The notes under the pieces: generated by a model | Told to the model about the DNA's origin: nothing | What the model saw: the letters and a program-made list of their open reading frames with translations, nothing else | Databases searched by the model: none | Origin: an uncultured Alphaproteobacteria bacterium | Lineage (GTDB): Bacteria; Pseudomonadota; Alphaproteobacteria; RF32; CAG-239 | Length of the DNA stretch: 64,000 nucleotides | Assembly (NCBI GenBank): GCA_964017825.1 | Contig: CAXHMA010000007.1 | Span: forward strand, 758 to 64,757 | Direction of reading: 5' to 3' | In this document: in pieces, positions 33,197 to 43,084 of the stretch | How the letters are laid out: each line of letters opens with the position of its first letter | How positions within the stretch are numbered: position 1 is the first letter of the stretch | Translations under genes and position numbers: made by a program

Positions 33197-35557
33197 ATGA
33201 TTGATATTTTTTATGGAATTTCCGCATTGAAACTCAGTGAGCAATACGCAATATTCGGAGTTTTGGCGGTAGCGTTCATCGGCTTGTGGTATACCTGGTT
33301 TTTAAAAAAGCAGGTTATGGCCAACGATGCCGGTTCGGGTAAAATGGTAGAAGTTTGGACGGCGATTAAACAAGGCGCTGATACCTACCTTAAAAAACAG
33401 CTTAAATCCATTTTGCCGATGATTGTCATTTTGACGGTTTGCCTGTTTTTATCCGTCTACATCGTTCCGGTTTCGGCCGAGGCGAAAATCAGATTTTCCG
33501 CCTATGACGATGAAACGATAAAATTGATTATCGCTTTCGGGCGTGCGGGCTGTTTTATCTTGGGTTCTTTGTTTTCTTTGCTCGTCGGACAAATCGGCAT
33601 GCGCATCGCTGTTGCGGCAAACGTGCGCGTTGCTTCCGCATCCAAGCGCTCCTTCGGCGAAGCCTTAAAAATCGCCTACCGCGCCGGAACGTGTACCGGT
33701 ATGTTGACCGACGGTTTGGGCTTAATGGGCGGTACCGTTATTTTCATTATCTTCGGTATTGCGGCGCCTGACGCCCTGCTCGGCTTCGGCTTCGGCGGCA
33801 CATTGGTGGCTTTGTTCATGCGTGTCGGCGGCGGTATTTATACCAAAGCGGCCGATGTCGGTGCAGACCTTGTCGGCAAAGTTGAAGCAGGCATCCCCGA
33901 AGATGATCCGCGCAACCCTGCCGTTGTGGCTGACCTCGTCGGCGATAACGTCGGAGACTGTGCGGGCATGGCTGCCGATATTTTTGAATCTTACGAAGTA
34001 ACTATCGTGTCGGGCTTAATTTTAGGGCTTGCTTTATGGCATGTAACCGGTATGTACGAATGGATTGTCTACCCGCTTCTGGTGCGTGGTATCGGCGTTT
34101 TCTGTTCCATCATCGGCACCTATGCCGTCAGGGACAACGGCTTAAAAGGCAATGCCATGAAGGCTATTTTCAGAGGCTATGTAACCTCTGCCGTCATTTC
34201 GGTCATTCTGTTTGCGGCCGTTGCTTACTTCTATCTGCAAGGCTTACACGGCGGCTGGTGGAGACCGTTTCTGGCCGTAACCATCGGTGTCATTCTGGCG
34301 ATGGCGATTGACCGGATTACCGAACACTTTACCGGTACAACCGGCGCTCCTGTCAACGAGATTAAAAAATCAACCGATACGGGTGCCGCCACCACGATTT
34401 TGAGCGGTCTTGCCGTCGGGCTTGAAAGTTCCGTTTGGTCGGTTTTGGTGATTGCCGTCACTATTTTCGCCTCCGTTTTAATCTTCGGAACGATTGACGG
34501 TTTAACCGCTGTTGAAAGAGTAACCTACATCCTCTACGGCGTCGCCATGACCGGTATCGGCATGCTCACCTTAACCGGCAATAACGTCGCCATGGATTCC
34601 TTCGGCCCGATTGCCGACAACGCTAACGGTATCGGCGAAATGTCCTGGCATGATGACAAAAGCGCCAAGACCAAAAAAGCCCGCCAGATTATGGCAGACC
34701 TTGACAGTGTCGGCAATACGACAAAAGCCATTACCAAAGGCGTTGCCATCAGCTCCGCCGTCATTGCGGCCGTCAGCCTGTTCGGCTCTTATATGGTTGA
34801 CGTCAGCAGCGTGCAGCAGGCCTTAAACAGCGCTTGGGCAAAGGAAGGCTTAGACCAAAGTCTGGCTTTGCTTAAAGACATCGGCATCGTCGTTTCCAAC
34901 CCTGTCGTCTTTGTCGGCATGCTCATCGGTGCAGCCGTACCGTGGCTGTTCTCCTCGTTTGCCATTAATGCCGTAAGGCGTGCGGCCAGCCTGATTGTTG
35001 AAGAAGTTCGCCGCCAGTTTAAACTCGGCATTCTTGAAAACAAAGCGAAGCCGGACTATGACACGACGGTTGCGATTTCAACAGCCGCAGCACAAAAAGA
35101 ACTCATTATCTTGGCTTTGCTCGGCATCGTCTCCCCGATATTTGTCGGGCTGTCGCTGGGCGTTGAAGCTCTGGGCGGCTTCTTGGCAGGAATTATCGTT
35201 TCCGGCCAGCTGCTCGCGGTCTTCATGTCTAACGCAGGCGGTGCTTGGGATAACGCCAAAAAGCTGATTGAAGACGAACCGAGCAGTATTGCCCATAATA
35301 CGGGCAAAGGCTCCGAGCGCCACAAGGCCAGCGTTGTCGGTGATACGGTCGGCGACCCGTTGAAAGATACCGCAGGCCCTGCCTTAAACCCGATGATTAA
35401 AGTGGTTAACATGGTTGCGGTTATCGTTGCGCCTATCGTTGTGGCATACAATAACGAATACACCAAGCTTTCCGCATGGGGCTGGTGCGTCGTTATCCTC
35501 CTGCTCGCAATCCTGGCTTTCGTGATTATGCGAAGCAAAAAACAAACTCAGGCATAG
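33197..35557 (+). CDS. hppA: membrane-bound proton/sodium-translocating pyrophosphatase
   Basis: ATG 33197 follows a ggagg SD; the upstream part of ORF 32987.. is rejected. 786 aa, about 16 TM segments, with motifs GGGIYTKAADVGADLVGKVE and DNVGDCAGMAADIFESY. Confidence 0.9.
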   Translation: MIDIFYGISALKLSEQYAIFGVLAVAFIGLWYTWFLKKQVMANDAGSGKMVEVWTAIKQGADTYLKKQLKSILPMIVILTVCLFLSVYIVPVSAEAKIRFSAYDDETIKLIIAFGRAGCFILGSLFSLLVGQIGMRIAVAANVRVASASKRSFGEALKIAYRAGTCTGMLTDGLGLMGGTVIFIIFGIAAPDALLGFGFGGTLVALFMRVGGGIYTKAADVGADLVGKVEAGIPEDDPRNPAVVADLVGDNVGDCAGMAADIFESYEVTIVSGLILGLALWHVTGMYEWIVYPLLVRGIGVFCSIIGTYAVRDNGLKGNAMKAIFRGYVTSAVISVILFAAVAYFYLQGLHGGWWRPFLAVTIGVILAMAIDRITEHFTGTTGAPVNEIKKSTDTGAATTILSGLAVGLESSVWSVLVIAVTIFASVLIFGTIDGLTAVERVTYILYGVAMTGIGMLTLTGNNVAMDSFGPIADNANGIGEMSWHDDKSAKTKKARQIMADLDSVGNTTKAITKGVAISSAVIAAVSLFGSYMVDVSSVQQALNSAWAKEGLDQSLALLKDIGIVVSNPVVFVGMLIGAAVPWLFSSFAINAVRRAASLIVEEVRRQFKLGILENKAKPDYDTTVAISTAAAQKELIILALLGIVSPIFVGLSLGVEALGGFLAGIIVSGQLLAVFMSNAGGAWDNAKKLIEDEPSSIAHNTGKGSERHKASVVGDTVGDPLKDTAGPALNPMIKVVNMVAVIVAPIVVAYNNEYTKLSAWGWCVVILLLAILAFVIMRSKKQTQA

Positions 35558-35580
35558 TGGTTTAACCCGCTTACTCAAAC

Positions 35581-35610
35581 AGCCCCCGTGTCAAAACGGG
35601 GGCTTTTGAT
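35581..35610 (+). terminator. rho-independent terminator after hppA
   Basis: Stem agcccccgt/acgggggct with loop gtcaaa, followed by a T-rich run. Confidence 0.7.
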
Positions 35611-35689
35611 ATATATTTGTCTTATCTCCGAAATTCCTTGCAATAGCCATGAATCCATGATAAACTGGTATAAAAATGGAGGATATAAT

Positions 35690-37813
35690 ATGTCATACGA
35701 TAATTTTTTCGGAAGCCTCGGCAAAAATCCTGAAATCTACCGCAATGCCTGGCAGACGTTGGCGCAAAAAAGCGACAACGAAGGAAAAGCCTTTTTTGAT
35801 GTTGTTTCCCGTTATCTTCGTGCCCACCCCGAAGAAAAGCCGGCGGTCAAGAAGCAATTGTTGCATTTCATTAAAACCGTAACGGAAAATGAGCTCGCCG
35901 CGCTGTCGACCGTCAAAAATCCCGGTTACAGATGCCAATCAGAAAAGGAAGCCAAAAACAAGACACATAAAGAAAAAATATATGCCGCTTTGCTGATGTG
36001 CAAATTTTATGATGACCGCGCGCCTTTATCCGGCTTGATGTCAGCCCCTCTTCCATATAATGTTCAAGAAACTTTGTTTGCCAAAACAGATGATAAATTT
36101 TCAAAATTCAGCCTTACCGAAATGGCAAAATGCGATTCGCTGTCTATCTACGAACTGAACGCAATGTTAATAATGTACATCAGCTTAAATCCGTCGGATA
36201 AACGGATGACGCAGGCACTGCAAATTGCAAAACAGACAAAGCAGCCGCAAACAAAAGAAAACAGGATATCGTTGTTGCGCACGATTGCCGGACATACCTC
36301 GAACCCGAAAATATGCGAGAAGACCCTGTCCGCGTTAATGCAACTCGGAAATGACGACTGGGCTTTTTTGAATAACCGCCACGCACAATCTCTTGAACTG
36401 GATTTGAAATGCGCCGTCATCAAAGAAGAGAAAAATCTGAAATATACCGACAGAAACCGTATAGAAGAAAACCTGAGAAACCGGTGTTTCATTGAAAATT
36501 ATCTTAACCAAAAACATCCCGACCTGCCGTTTGAACAACAGCTGTTGAAAGAAGCCGCCGCCGTCGCAGGATCCGGTGATGAAACCAAAAAACAGGAATT
36601 TTTTGCCGTACTCCTCTCCGAAGGGGAGAACCGTCTTTCGGAAATAGATGAACAGGTAATGGCATATCTGGTTGACAATTTTACTCAGGAAAATTTGGAC
36701 GCCGTCAACCACATGCGCGGCTTATACGGAATTAAAGTTTCCCTGCTCTACGGAGAACCGACGGACACCAATATCAATACGGTCAAACGCATGCAGTTTG
36801 ATAATATGGTACGCGGGATTGATGATGCGGAGTATTTCAATCTGCTGCACAGTCGTGAGTTTTTGGAATTTGAGCCCGATGAAGACCGGGAGTTTGCATT
36901 TAGGGATTATCTGGATTTGGACGAGAAAAGCCCGGCCTTCCAAGCGCTGGAAAAATACGGCTATGAAAACTTTAAATGTTTAGCCGTAGACAGTTTTATA
37001 AAACACCATGTTCCGCCTCAAACCGCCGTCGCATTTAATTTGAAAGATATTCATGAATTGATTGTACAGGACAATGAATATGAAAGAGAACCTTATGATT
37101 ATGAAGACGGCGATGTTGGCAGCTGTAAAGATTGGTTCTTTTTAAGCGAACTGGACGCCGACAATAATATAGAAGACGCACGCTCGATTTATTGGGCGGA
37201 AATGGTTAAAAACAAAAGTCTCGTCAAAGCCATATCCGATGATTTGAAAGAGCATAACATTTGCGATAGCGATATTGAGGAATTATGGCGCAAAGTCAGT
37301 TACGGGACACCGAATGCCGGTCGAAAAAGACGCGGAAGCGGTTTCTCGTTCCAACTGCACCATAATCGGGCGCTCAAAGACGGAGGAGAAAACACCCCTG
37401 ACAATTTTGTCACGACTGTTAAATACACTGCCGATCCATGGGATAATGGAAGTCAACCTGATTTTTGCTCACATGATTTCTTACATCGACAGGACAGCCC
37501 GCTTATAAAACTCTACGAAAACCCTGACGCCCGAACACCGCAGGATAAAATAGCCACAACCGAACCGGTAACCCCGAACGCCCGCCGCGTGCGTATCGTC
37601 AATGAACTGATATCGCCGGATCCTTGGCATCGCGTATTATATTACGGCGGCCCGCGCCAATCCGGCTGTTACCGCGGCATCCTGCGCAACATGACCAATA
37701 TTCCCAAGCAAACTAAAAAACAGGTTGCCCGAACCCGTAAAAGAGTGAAAAAAAATATAGACCTGCCCTGCGAGATAATCAAAACCTGCATAAAACGCGG
37801 CATGGCGGATTAA
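35690..37813 (+). CDS. large helical protein with a C-terminal LHH-type HNH/EndoVII nuclease (toxin-like) domain
   Basis: ATG 35690 follows a ggagga SD. 707 aa. The C-terminus has SGFSFQLHHNRALKDGGENTPDNFV...HDFLH, an LHH-flavoured HNH treble-clef motif. No signal peptide was seen. Confidence 0.6.
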   Translation: MSYDNFFGSLGKNPEIYRNAWQTLAQKSDNEGKAFFDVVSRYLRAHPEEKPAVKKQLLHFIKTVTENELAALSTVKNPGYRCQSEKEAKNKTHKEKIYAALLMCKFYDDRAPLSGLMSAPLPYNVQETLFAKTDDKFSKFSLTEMAKCDSLSIYELNAMLIMYISLNPSDKRMTQALQIAKQTKQPQTKENRISLLRTIAGHTSNPKICEKTLSALMQLGNDDWAFLNNRHAQSLELDLKCAVIKEEKNLKYTDRNRIEENLRNRCFIENYLNQKHPDLPFEQQLLKEAAAVAGSGDETKKQEFFAVLLSEGENRLSEIDEQVMAYLVDNFTQENLDAVNHMRGLYGIKVSLLYGEPTDTNINTVKRMQFDNMVRGIDDAEYFNLLHSREFLEFEPDEDREFAFRDYLDLDEKSPAFQALEKYGYENFKCLAVDSFIKHHVPPQTAVAFNLKDIHELIVQDNEYEREPYDYEDGDVGSCKDWFFLSELDADNNIEDARSIYWAEMVKNKSLVKAISDDLKEHNICDSDIEELWRKVSYGTPNAGRKRRGSGFSFQLHHNRALKDGGENTPDNFVTTVKYTADPWDNGSQPDFCSHDFLHRQDSPLIKLYENPDARTPQDKIATTEPVTPNARRVRIVNELISPDPWHRVLYYGGPRQSGCYRGILRNMTNIPKQTKKQVARTRKRVKKNIDLPCEIIKTCIKRGMAD

Positions 37814-38472
37814 TCTGCTTTGACATATCTATCAGCGGAATCTCCGCTGACCACCGTTATAGATGCGGAATCCAACATATCGCGGACAACAAACTTTACG
37901 CCGTTTTCCAAAACAATATTAATGTCGGCCAAAAATTCCATATCATCATCATATTTACCGCTAACGGCATCAATACTGATAACTTTCTGCCCGATTGCTT
38001 CCTTCTCATACAGGCAGGTTATATCATAAAATTCCTGCCGGTTATGAGGATAAGCATTGTCAACATACGATTTAAGCGGTATTCCCTTTGTCTCTTTCAC
38101 AAGCGTAACATCAAGCTTATTCAGGCTTAATTCGTACCTGTCCGGCTGCCAAAGGTCAATTTCAAGTTGATTTTCTCCGATAAGAAAAATTAACGGACCT
38201 TCCCATTGCATATAATTATATGTCACATGAGCTGCCTGCTGCACACGCTTCTCCCATTCCGCATATGTTTCCTTCCGCAATACCTTGCCATTACAGAAAT
38301 AAAAACCGTTAATCAAAACCTGATTAAGCGTTTGTCCGATAAGATACGGATGTATTTCCGCAATAAAGCGCATCGCTTCATCAACAGGAAAACCGTCTCC
38401 TACTTCAACATCTTTCCAAGTATATTTTGTTTCCAACTGAATCTTCATTACCTTTCCTGTTACCCTAAACAT
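37810..38472 (-). CDS. hypothetical protein, convergent with the LHH-nuclease gene and overlapping it by 4 nt
   Basis: 220-aa ORF (the true start may be the internal MKIQLE). No family recognised. Confidence 0.5.
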   Translation of the reverse strand: MFRVTGKVMKIQLETKYTWKDVEVGDGFPVDEAMRFIAEIHPYLIGQTLNQVLINGFYFCNGKVLRKETYAEWEKRVQQAAHVTYNYMQWEGPLIFLIGENQLEIDLWQPDRYELSLNKLDVTLVKETKGIPLKSYVDNAYPHNRQEFYDITCLYEKEAIGQKVISIDAVSGKYDDDMEFLADINIVLENGVKFVVRDMLDSASITVVSGDSADRYVKAD

Positions 38473-38681
38473 TTATCTGTATTATATATTAATGAGATGA
38501 TAATAAAACCGCAATAAAAAAATCCGTTTCGCCGGCCGGTTTCATAGACAAGCTGTCGTTACGGCATATTCGTATTTATTTCAAACAACAACGCTGCCTC
38601 TTTGAAATAACCGCAGATTTAACCAAAAATTAAACCTGAAAATCTACAATAAACGCAATTAAATATGAGAAAGGCCGAACG

Positions 38682-39332
38682 ATGATAGAAATTGCCTTAA
38701 CCGAAAACACGGAAAATACTTTTTTAAAAACCGAACCTCCCGTATTTACAATCGGTGAAGAGAATGTCAAAACTTGGGACGATTACCGCGCGCTTGCAAA
38801 AAAAATAATAACTGCGCATATCAATCTCCCCGCCGTCATTATTAAAAACCTTAACGCGGACATTTCCATAAATTGGCTTGCGGTGGCATTGTTTGTTGAA
38901 TCTTGTTTTATCAACGGCAAACTGGAATGTGCCGTCTTTAAGGTTGCCGACAAAAGCGCGGCGGTTCAGTCATATAAACCCTTTGTCGCTTTGACAATCG
39001 GATTAAAATATATTATCAGGATATATAGCGAAGAACCGGCCTATATATATAAAGAAATTTCCAGCCTGTCATATCTGGGGTTAAACATACGGGAAGACTA
39101 CCTTAACAATAAGCTTTATTTGGAGCTGCCCGATAACGGAGAATGCCAAAAACTGACTGCACAGACGCTTCAGGAAACCCTGACTGCGGTAGGTATTTTG
39201 AAATGTCTGGCCTTAGCTCAAAAAGCAGCGCATATCTGCGCGGAAATCACCAAATCGGAAACATCCCCCCGTCCTGATGTTGATAAGGCCATTGCCGACG
39301 TGGTATCTTTCGTCCGTTCGTGGCTTGACTAG
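38682..39332 (+). CDS. hypothetical protein
   Basis: 216-aa ORF. No family recognised. Confidence 0.5.
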   Translation: MIEIALTENTENTFLKTEPPVFTIGEENVKTWDDYRALAKKIITAHINLPAVIIKNLNADISINWLAVALFVESCFINGKLECAVFKVADKSAAVQSYKPFVALTIGLKYIIRIYSEEPAYIYKEISSLSYLGLNIREDYLNNKLYLELPDNGECQKLTAQTLQETLTAVGILKCLALAQKAAHICAEITKSETSPRPDVDKAIADVVSFVRSWLD

Positions 39333-39657
39333 CTTTTGCTCAACGCATTCAATCGATTAACAATCGTCTCGGCAAACACACGCAGCGGATTTGACAGGAT
39401 TTGCGGCTTCAAATCTTTCGGCTCAATGCGCATATTGCAGGCAAAATTGACAAATTCATCCCAGTCAATCGCATATTTCGGACACAACAACTTCTGCAGA
39501 TTTAAACAGTCATAACGCATAGACGGGTCGATATAAAGCCCGTTGCTTCTGCACCGGCAGTAATGTCGCTGACTGCTTTTAAGGCACCCAGCAGTTGGTT
39601 GAGTTCCCCCATATTCGGCGTTGCCAGCGCAAACGCCCGTAATCCCCGGTAATCCAT
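39329..39657 (-). pseudogene. hypothetical gene with an apparent 1-nt frameshift (or an assembly error)
   Basis: ATG 39657 opens MDYRGLRAFALATPNMGELNQLLGALKAVSDITAGAEATG..., which stops at about 39501. The frame of ORF 39329..39715 continues as ..LYIDPSMRYDCLNLQ... to 39329. The two frames overlap around 39505-39545. Confidence 0.4.
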
Positions 39658-40003
39658 AACATCGCTCCACAAATAAATACCAAAATAATTTAATAGTTAA
39701 ACTGCTGCCTGTCAAGAAAATTTCCGGAGTTCCCTATAGACAATCTCGCAAACATACAAAAACACTTGGCAAAAACCGTTGAACGGACACCGCACCGGGG
39801 GGCTTAGGCGTTTTTATAACCGGAAACCTCGCAGATTCTATGAAATATATTCGCAAAAACAACCGAAACATCCTGGCAGTCGAAATTTCTGCCGCTGCAA
39901 AACACAAAAAATAACATAATATCTTATATCTAAAACTATTTGACTGATTGGTAAAAAAGTTATATAATCTGCATATATCAAACGTGCCCGAAGGACTTTA
40001 TAT

Positions 40004-40231
40004 ATGAAAAAATTTCTGATACTCCTGACTGTTTTATGCTGTATGACGCTAAGCTATGCCGCAGCGCAAGAGAATACTCAAACCGTACTTTTAAACACAA
40101 AAACCCTGATTTATCACCCCAAAGAATGCTTTGCCGCCAAACGCTGCAACAAAAACTGTGTCAGTACGACTTTGCAGAAAGCCCGTGCCAAAGGCGCTAA
40201 ACCCTGCAAAATCTGCTCAAAAAAGAATTAG
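40004..40231 (+). CDS. small secreted protein with an Ada-like Cys4 metal-binding motif
   Basis: 75 aa with signal peptide MKKFLILLTVLCCMTLSYAAA. The mature part is YHPKEC...C..NC...A.AKGAKPCKIC. Confidence 0.5.
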   Translation: MKKFLILLTVLCCMTLSYAAAQENTQTVLLNTKTLIYHPKECFAAKRCNKNCVSTTLQKARAKGAKPCKICSKKN

Positions 40232-40263
40232 TCCGCCCCGAATTGCGTATCAAACAGCAAAAA

Positions 40264-41109
40264 CTAAGATGACGCCTCAATAATTTTTTCAATATATTCA
40301 TGGGGAACTTTAACCTGTCCGCGGCCGACGCCGAGTTCTACGCCGTAATGCGCATTATACCCGTGAAAGTCAGAACCGCCGCTTTTTAAAAGTCCCAACG
40401 TTTCTGCCATTTCATTATATTTTGTCATCTCTTCCGCGCTCATATCCGAATGGATAACTTCCATACCTTGCAGCCCGCATTTTTGCAATCTTTTAATTTC
40501 ATTAAACAGGTCATTTCCCTTCAACTTGATAAGGCAGGGATGCGCCAAAACGGAAACTGCACCGCTCCGACGGATAAAATCTATGGTGCTTTCCACAGAC
40601 GGCGCCCTTGACGCGGCAAACGCCGGACATCCCTCGCCCAACAAGTCTTTATACGCACTCTCTTTATTTTTTATCTGTCCGCTTGCATACAAAAAATTGA
40701 CAATATGAGGCTTCGCCAGTGTTGGGCGTAGATTATGCTGCTCGTCATAAGCCACATCTTCCCAACAGATTTTATACCCCAGCCTGTTTAATTTTTCCAC
40801 CCGTTCGCGGCAAACGGCTTCCCGATTTTGTATCAGTTTTTTCTGATAGTCATAATACGGCTGCAAATTTGTAATATTCAAAGCAATAATTTCCATATCT
40901 GCCGGATGGTCCACATTCAGCTCACACCCGTTTATTGCCAACAAATCCGGATATTTTGCTGCGGCTTTTTGCAAATGAGCGCAACCGTTGACCGTATCAT
41001 GGTCAGTCAAGGCTATCGCCGTCAAACCGATTTTGTGCGCCTGTTCAATGAGCCCTTCCGGCGTATCGGACCCGTCGGAAAAAGTGGAATGGGTATGCAA
41101 ATCAATCAT
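40264..41109 (-). CDS. PHP-domain phosphoesterase (TrpH/YciV-like)
   Basis: 281 aa with MIDLHTHSTFSDGS, ALTDHD and GSDFHG motifs. Confidence 0.8.
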   Translation of the reverse strand: MIDLHTHSTFSDGSDTPEGLIEQAHKIGLTAIALTDHDTVNGCAHLQKAAAKYPDLLAINGCELNVDHPADMEIIALNITNLQPYYDYQKKLIQNREAVCRERVEKLNRLGYKICWEDVAYDEQHNLRPTLAKPHIVNFLYASGQIKNKESAYKDLLGEGCPAFAASRAPSVESTIDFIRRSGAVSVLAHPCLIKLKGNDLFNEIKRLQKCGLQGMEVIHSDMSAEEMTKYNEMAETLGLLKSGGSDFHGYNAHYGVELGVGRGQVKVPHEYIEKIIEASS

Positions 41110-41151
41110 CTTTTCCTTTGCCTTTTTAACTTACATTAAAACGATAAAAAA

Positions 41152-42192
41152 TTACCACACCGCAGCAAACTGCATAAATATCTGCAAAACGGCCTGTTTC
41201 TTATCCATATTCAACCGCGCCGTCTCGTCCAATATCTTTAATGTTGCCTCATAGGCGGCATACAGTTCGCGCGGTCTGGCACAGTCTGCCAGATTATCAT
41301 GCGCAAAACGACAGACAAGTTCGGCAAACAAGTCCCAACGATCTTCATCCGCCGCCGTTTCCTCTGCCGACTTCAACATCAGCGCCCCATCCGCTTTGGT
41401 GCCCCCGTAACAGATTTTCTTAATGGTCTCATACATCGTAAGCGCATCATTGTCGGCATATTTCAGCGCCCGCCCGATACTGCCCGCGGCAATTTGAGCG
41501 AGCCCCTGCACTTCCGCCTCTTTGAGTTCCGGCCTGTACCGGCGCAAAAGGCTTGCCGTCTCCGTTTCTTTAAGCGGTTTTAAGGCCAGTTTGGCACAGC
41601 GCGAGCGGATAGTCGGCAAAAGCTTCCCCGGATTATGCGATATCAAAAGCAGAATGCTTTTCAAAGGCGGTTCTTCCAATATTTTCAAAAGCGCATTGGC
41701 GCTCGACGTGTTCAAATCATCTGCACTGTCGACAATCACCACACGCCAGCTGTCATTAAACGACTTTTTGGCAAGAAAAGCCGCCACATCGCGCACGTCT
41801 TCCACCTTAATCACCGATGAGCGTTTCAACCCTTGGCGCATTTCCTCGCCGCAGTCTTCCCCCTGCTTAATCGCCTTTAAAAGTTTCTTTTTATCCGTTT
41901 CGGTAAAATCACGTTCCAATACTTTAAAATCAGGGTGGGACTTCTGCACGACCTGCGCAAAAACCGAGCTGTCTGCCGCAATGTCCATAGACGCATACTG
42001 CCGACCGTTTTCCGCTGCCAATAAAAAGCGCGCAATTTTATACGCCAGCGTTGCTTTCCCGATACCTTCATCGCCGGTAATCAGCCAGCCGTGGTGCAGC
42101 GCACCGGAATTAAACGCCGTCAAAAACAGCTTTACTTCATCATCATGCCCGATAAGATAAGGATTTTGGCAAGGAGAAAGCGCTTCCGCCAT
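41152..42192 (-). CDS. holB: DNA polymerase III delta-prime subunit
   Basis: 346 aa. It has the clamp-loader AAA+ N-terminus HHGWLITGDEGIGKATLA, Walker B VVIVDSADDL, the SRC motif TIRSRC, and typical synteny with tmk. Confidence 0.8.
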   Translation of the reverse strand: MAEALSPCQNPYLIGHDDEVKLFLTAFNSGALHHGWLITGDEGIGKATLAYKIARFLLAAENGRQYASMDIAADSSVFAQVVQKSHPDFKVLERDFTETDKKKLLKAIKQGEDCGEEMRQGLKRSSVIKVEDVRDVAAFLAKKSFNDSWRVVIVDSADDLNTSSANALLKILEEPPLKSILLLISHNPGKLLPTIRSRCAKLALKPLKETETASLLRRYRPELKEAEVQGLAQIAAGSIGRALKYADNDALTMYETIKKICYGGTKADGALMLKSAEETAADEDRWDLFAELVCRFAHDNLADCARPRELYAAYEATLKILDETARLNMDKKQAVLQIFMQFAAVW

Positions 42193-42195
42193 AAG

Positions 42196-42909
42196 CTATC
42201 TGCCCTCCGGAAGATTATCCAGCATCTGATACAGATAAATCCTGAAATCACCGAACTTCTTCATCTGCGCATCTAAAATATTGCTCATCGAACAATTCTC
42301 GCCGCAAAATTCCGGACTGAAATTAACATCCGTCCCGCTGACATAAAATGTCTCCGTTTTTCTGCTGAAATCGCGCAGCATCGTTCGGTCATTGCCGTAA
42401 AATTTTTCGATAATTTCCCGCCCCAGAGCCTCATAACATAAATTAATTTCGGTCATGGATTGCGAAAGATGGGCAATACCGTCTTTAATGCCGCTTTCAA
42501 AAAGTTCGCGCTCCATATACAAACGCTCTTTAATGTTATCCATACAGTCGTTAATCGCCTGACGGTATTCCTTTTTCAGCATATCGGGCTTTTGTTCTTC
42601 CGCTTTTTTCATATTCGTCGGCAGTTCGGCAGGATTGAACCATTCCCTTTGTGCAGAGGCACCGGAATGCCCCGCTTTAACGGGCGCAATATCTTCTGCC
42701 GGATACGACGCAAGGTAATTGTCCGCGGGCTCTCTCTGTGTAACCGGCTGCACTGATGCGGATTCCGGTGCATCATCGCTGACGGCAATGCCTTCAAGTA
42801 ACACTTCATCTTCGGCACGAAGAACTTCTGCTTCCTGCGCATTTGCTGCCGCAGCAATAAATGCTCCCGCCGCCAGACAACTTAAAAATACCTTTTTTTT
42901 CGTAAACAT
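42196..42909 (-). CDS. secreted hypothetical protein
   Basis: 237 aa with signal peptide MFTKKKVFLSCLAAGAFIAAAANA. Confidence 0.55.
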   Translation of the reverse strand: MFTKKKVFLSCLAAGAFIAAAANAQEAEVLRAEDEVLLEGIAVSDDAPESASVQPVTQREPADNYLASYPAEDIAPVKAGHSGASAQREWFNPAELPTNMKKAEEQKPDMLKKEYRQAINDCMDNIKERLYMERELFESGIKDGIAHLSQSMTEINLCYEALGREIIEKFYGNDRTMLRDFSRKTETFYVSGTDVNFSPEFCGENCSMSNILDAQMKKFGDFRIYLYQMLDNLPEGR

Positions 42910-43084
42910 CGCCCTCTTCTCTTACTTTTTGTTAACAATTCCTGGCATATAATATGAAAAAACTTTATAATTGTCAAAAAAATTTTTATGAAACGGGATA
43001 ATTTTAGCATCTGAAAACTAATCAAAACAGCTTTACATCTTCCCGCCGATGAATTAATTTTTTTCAGTAGAGGAACCATAAGGA

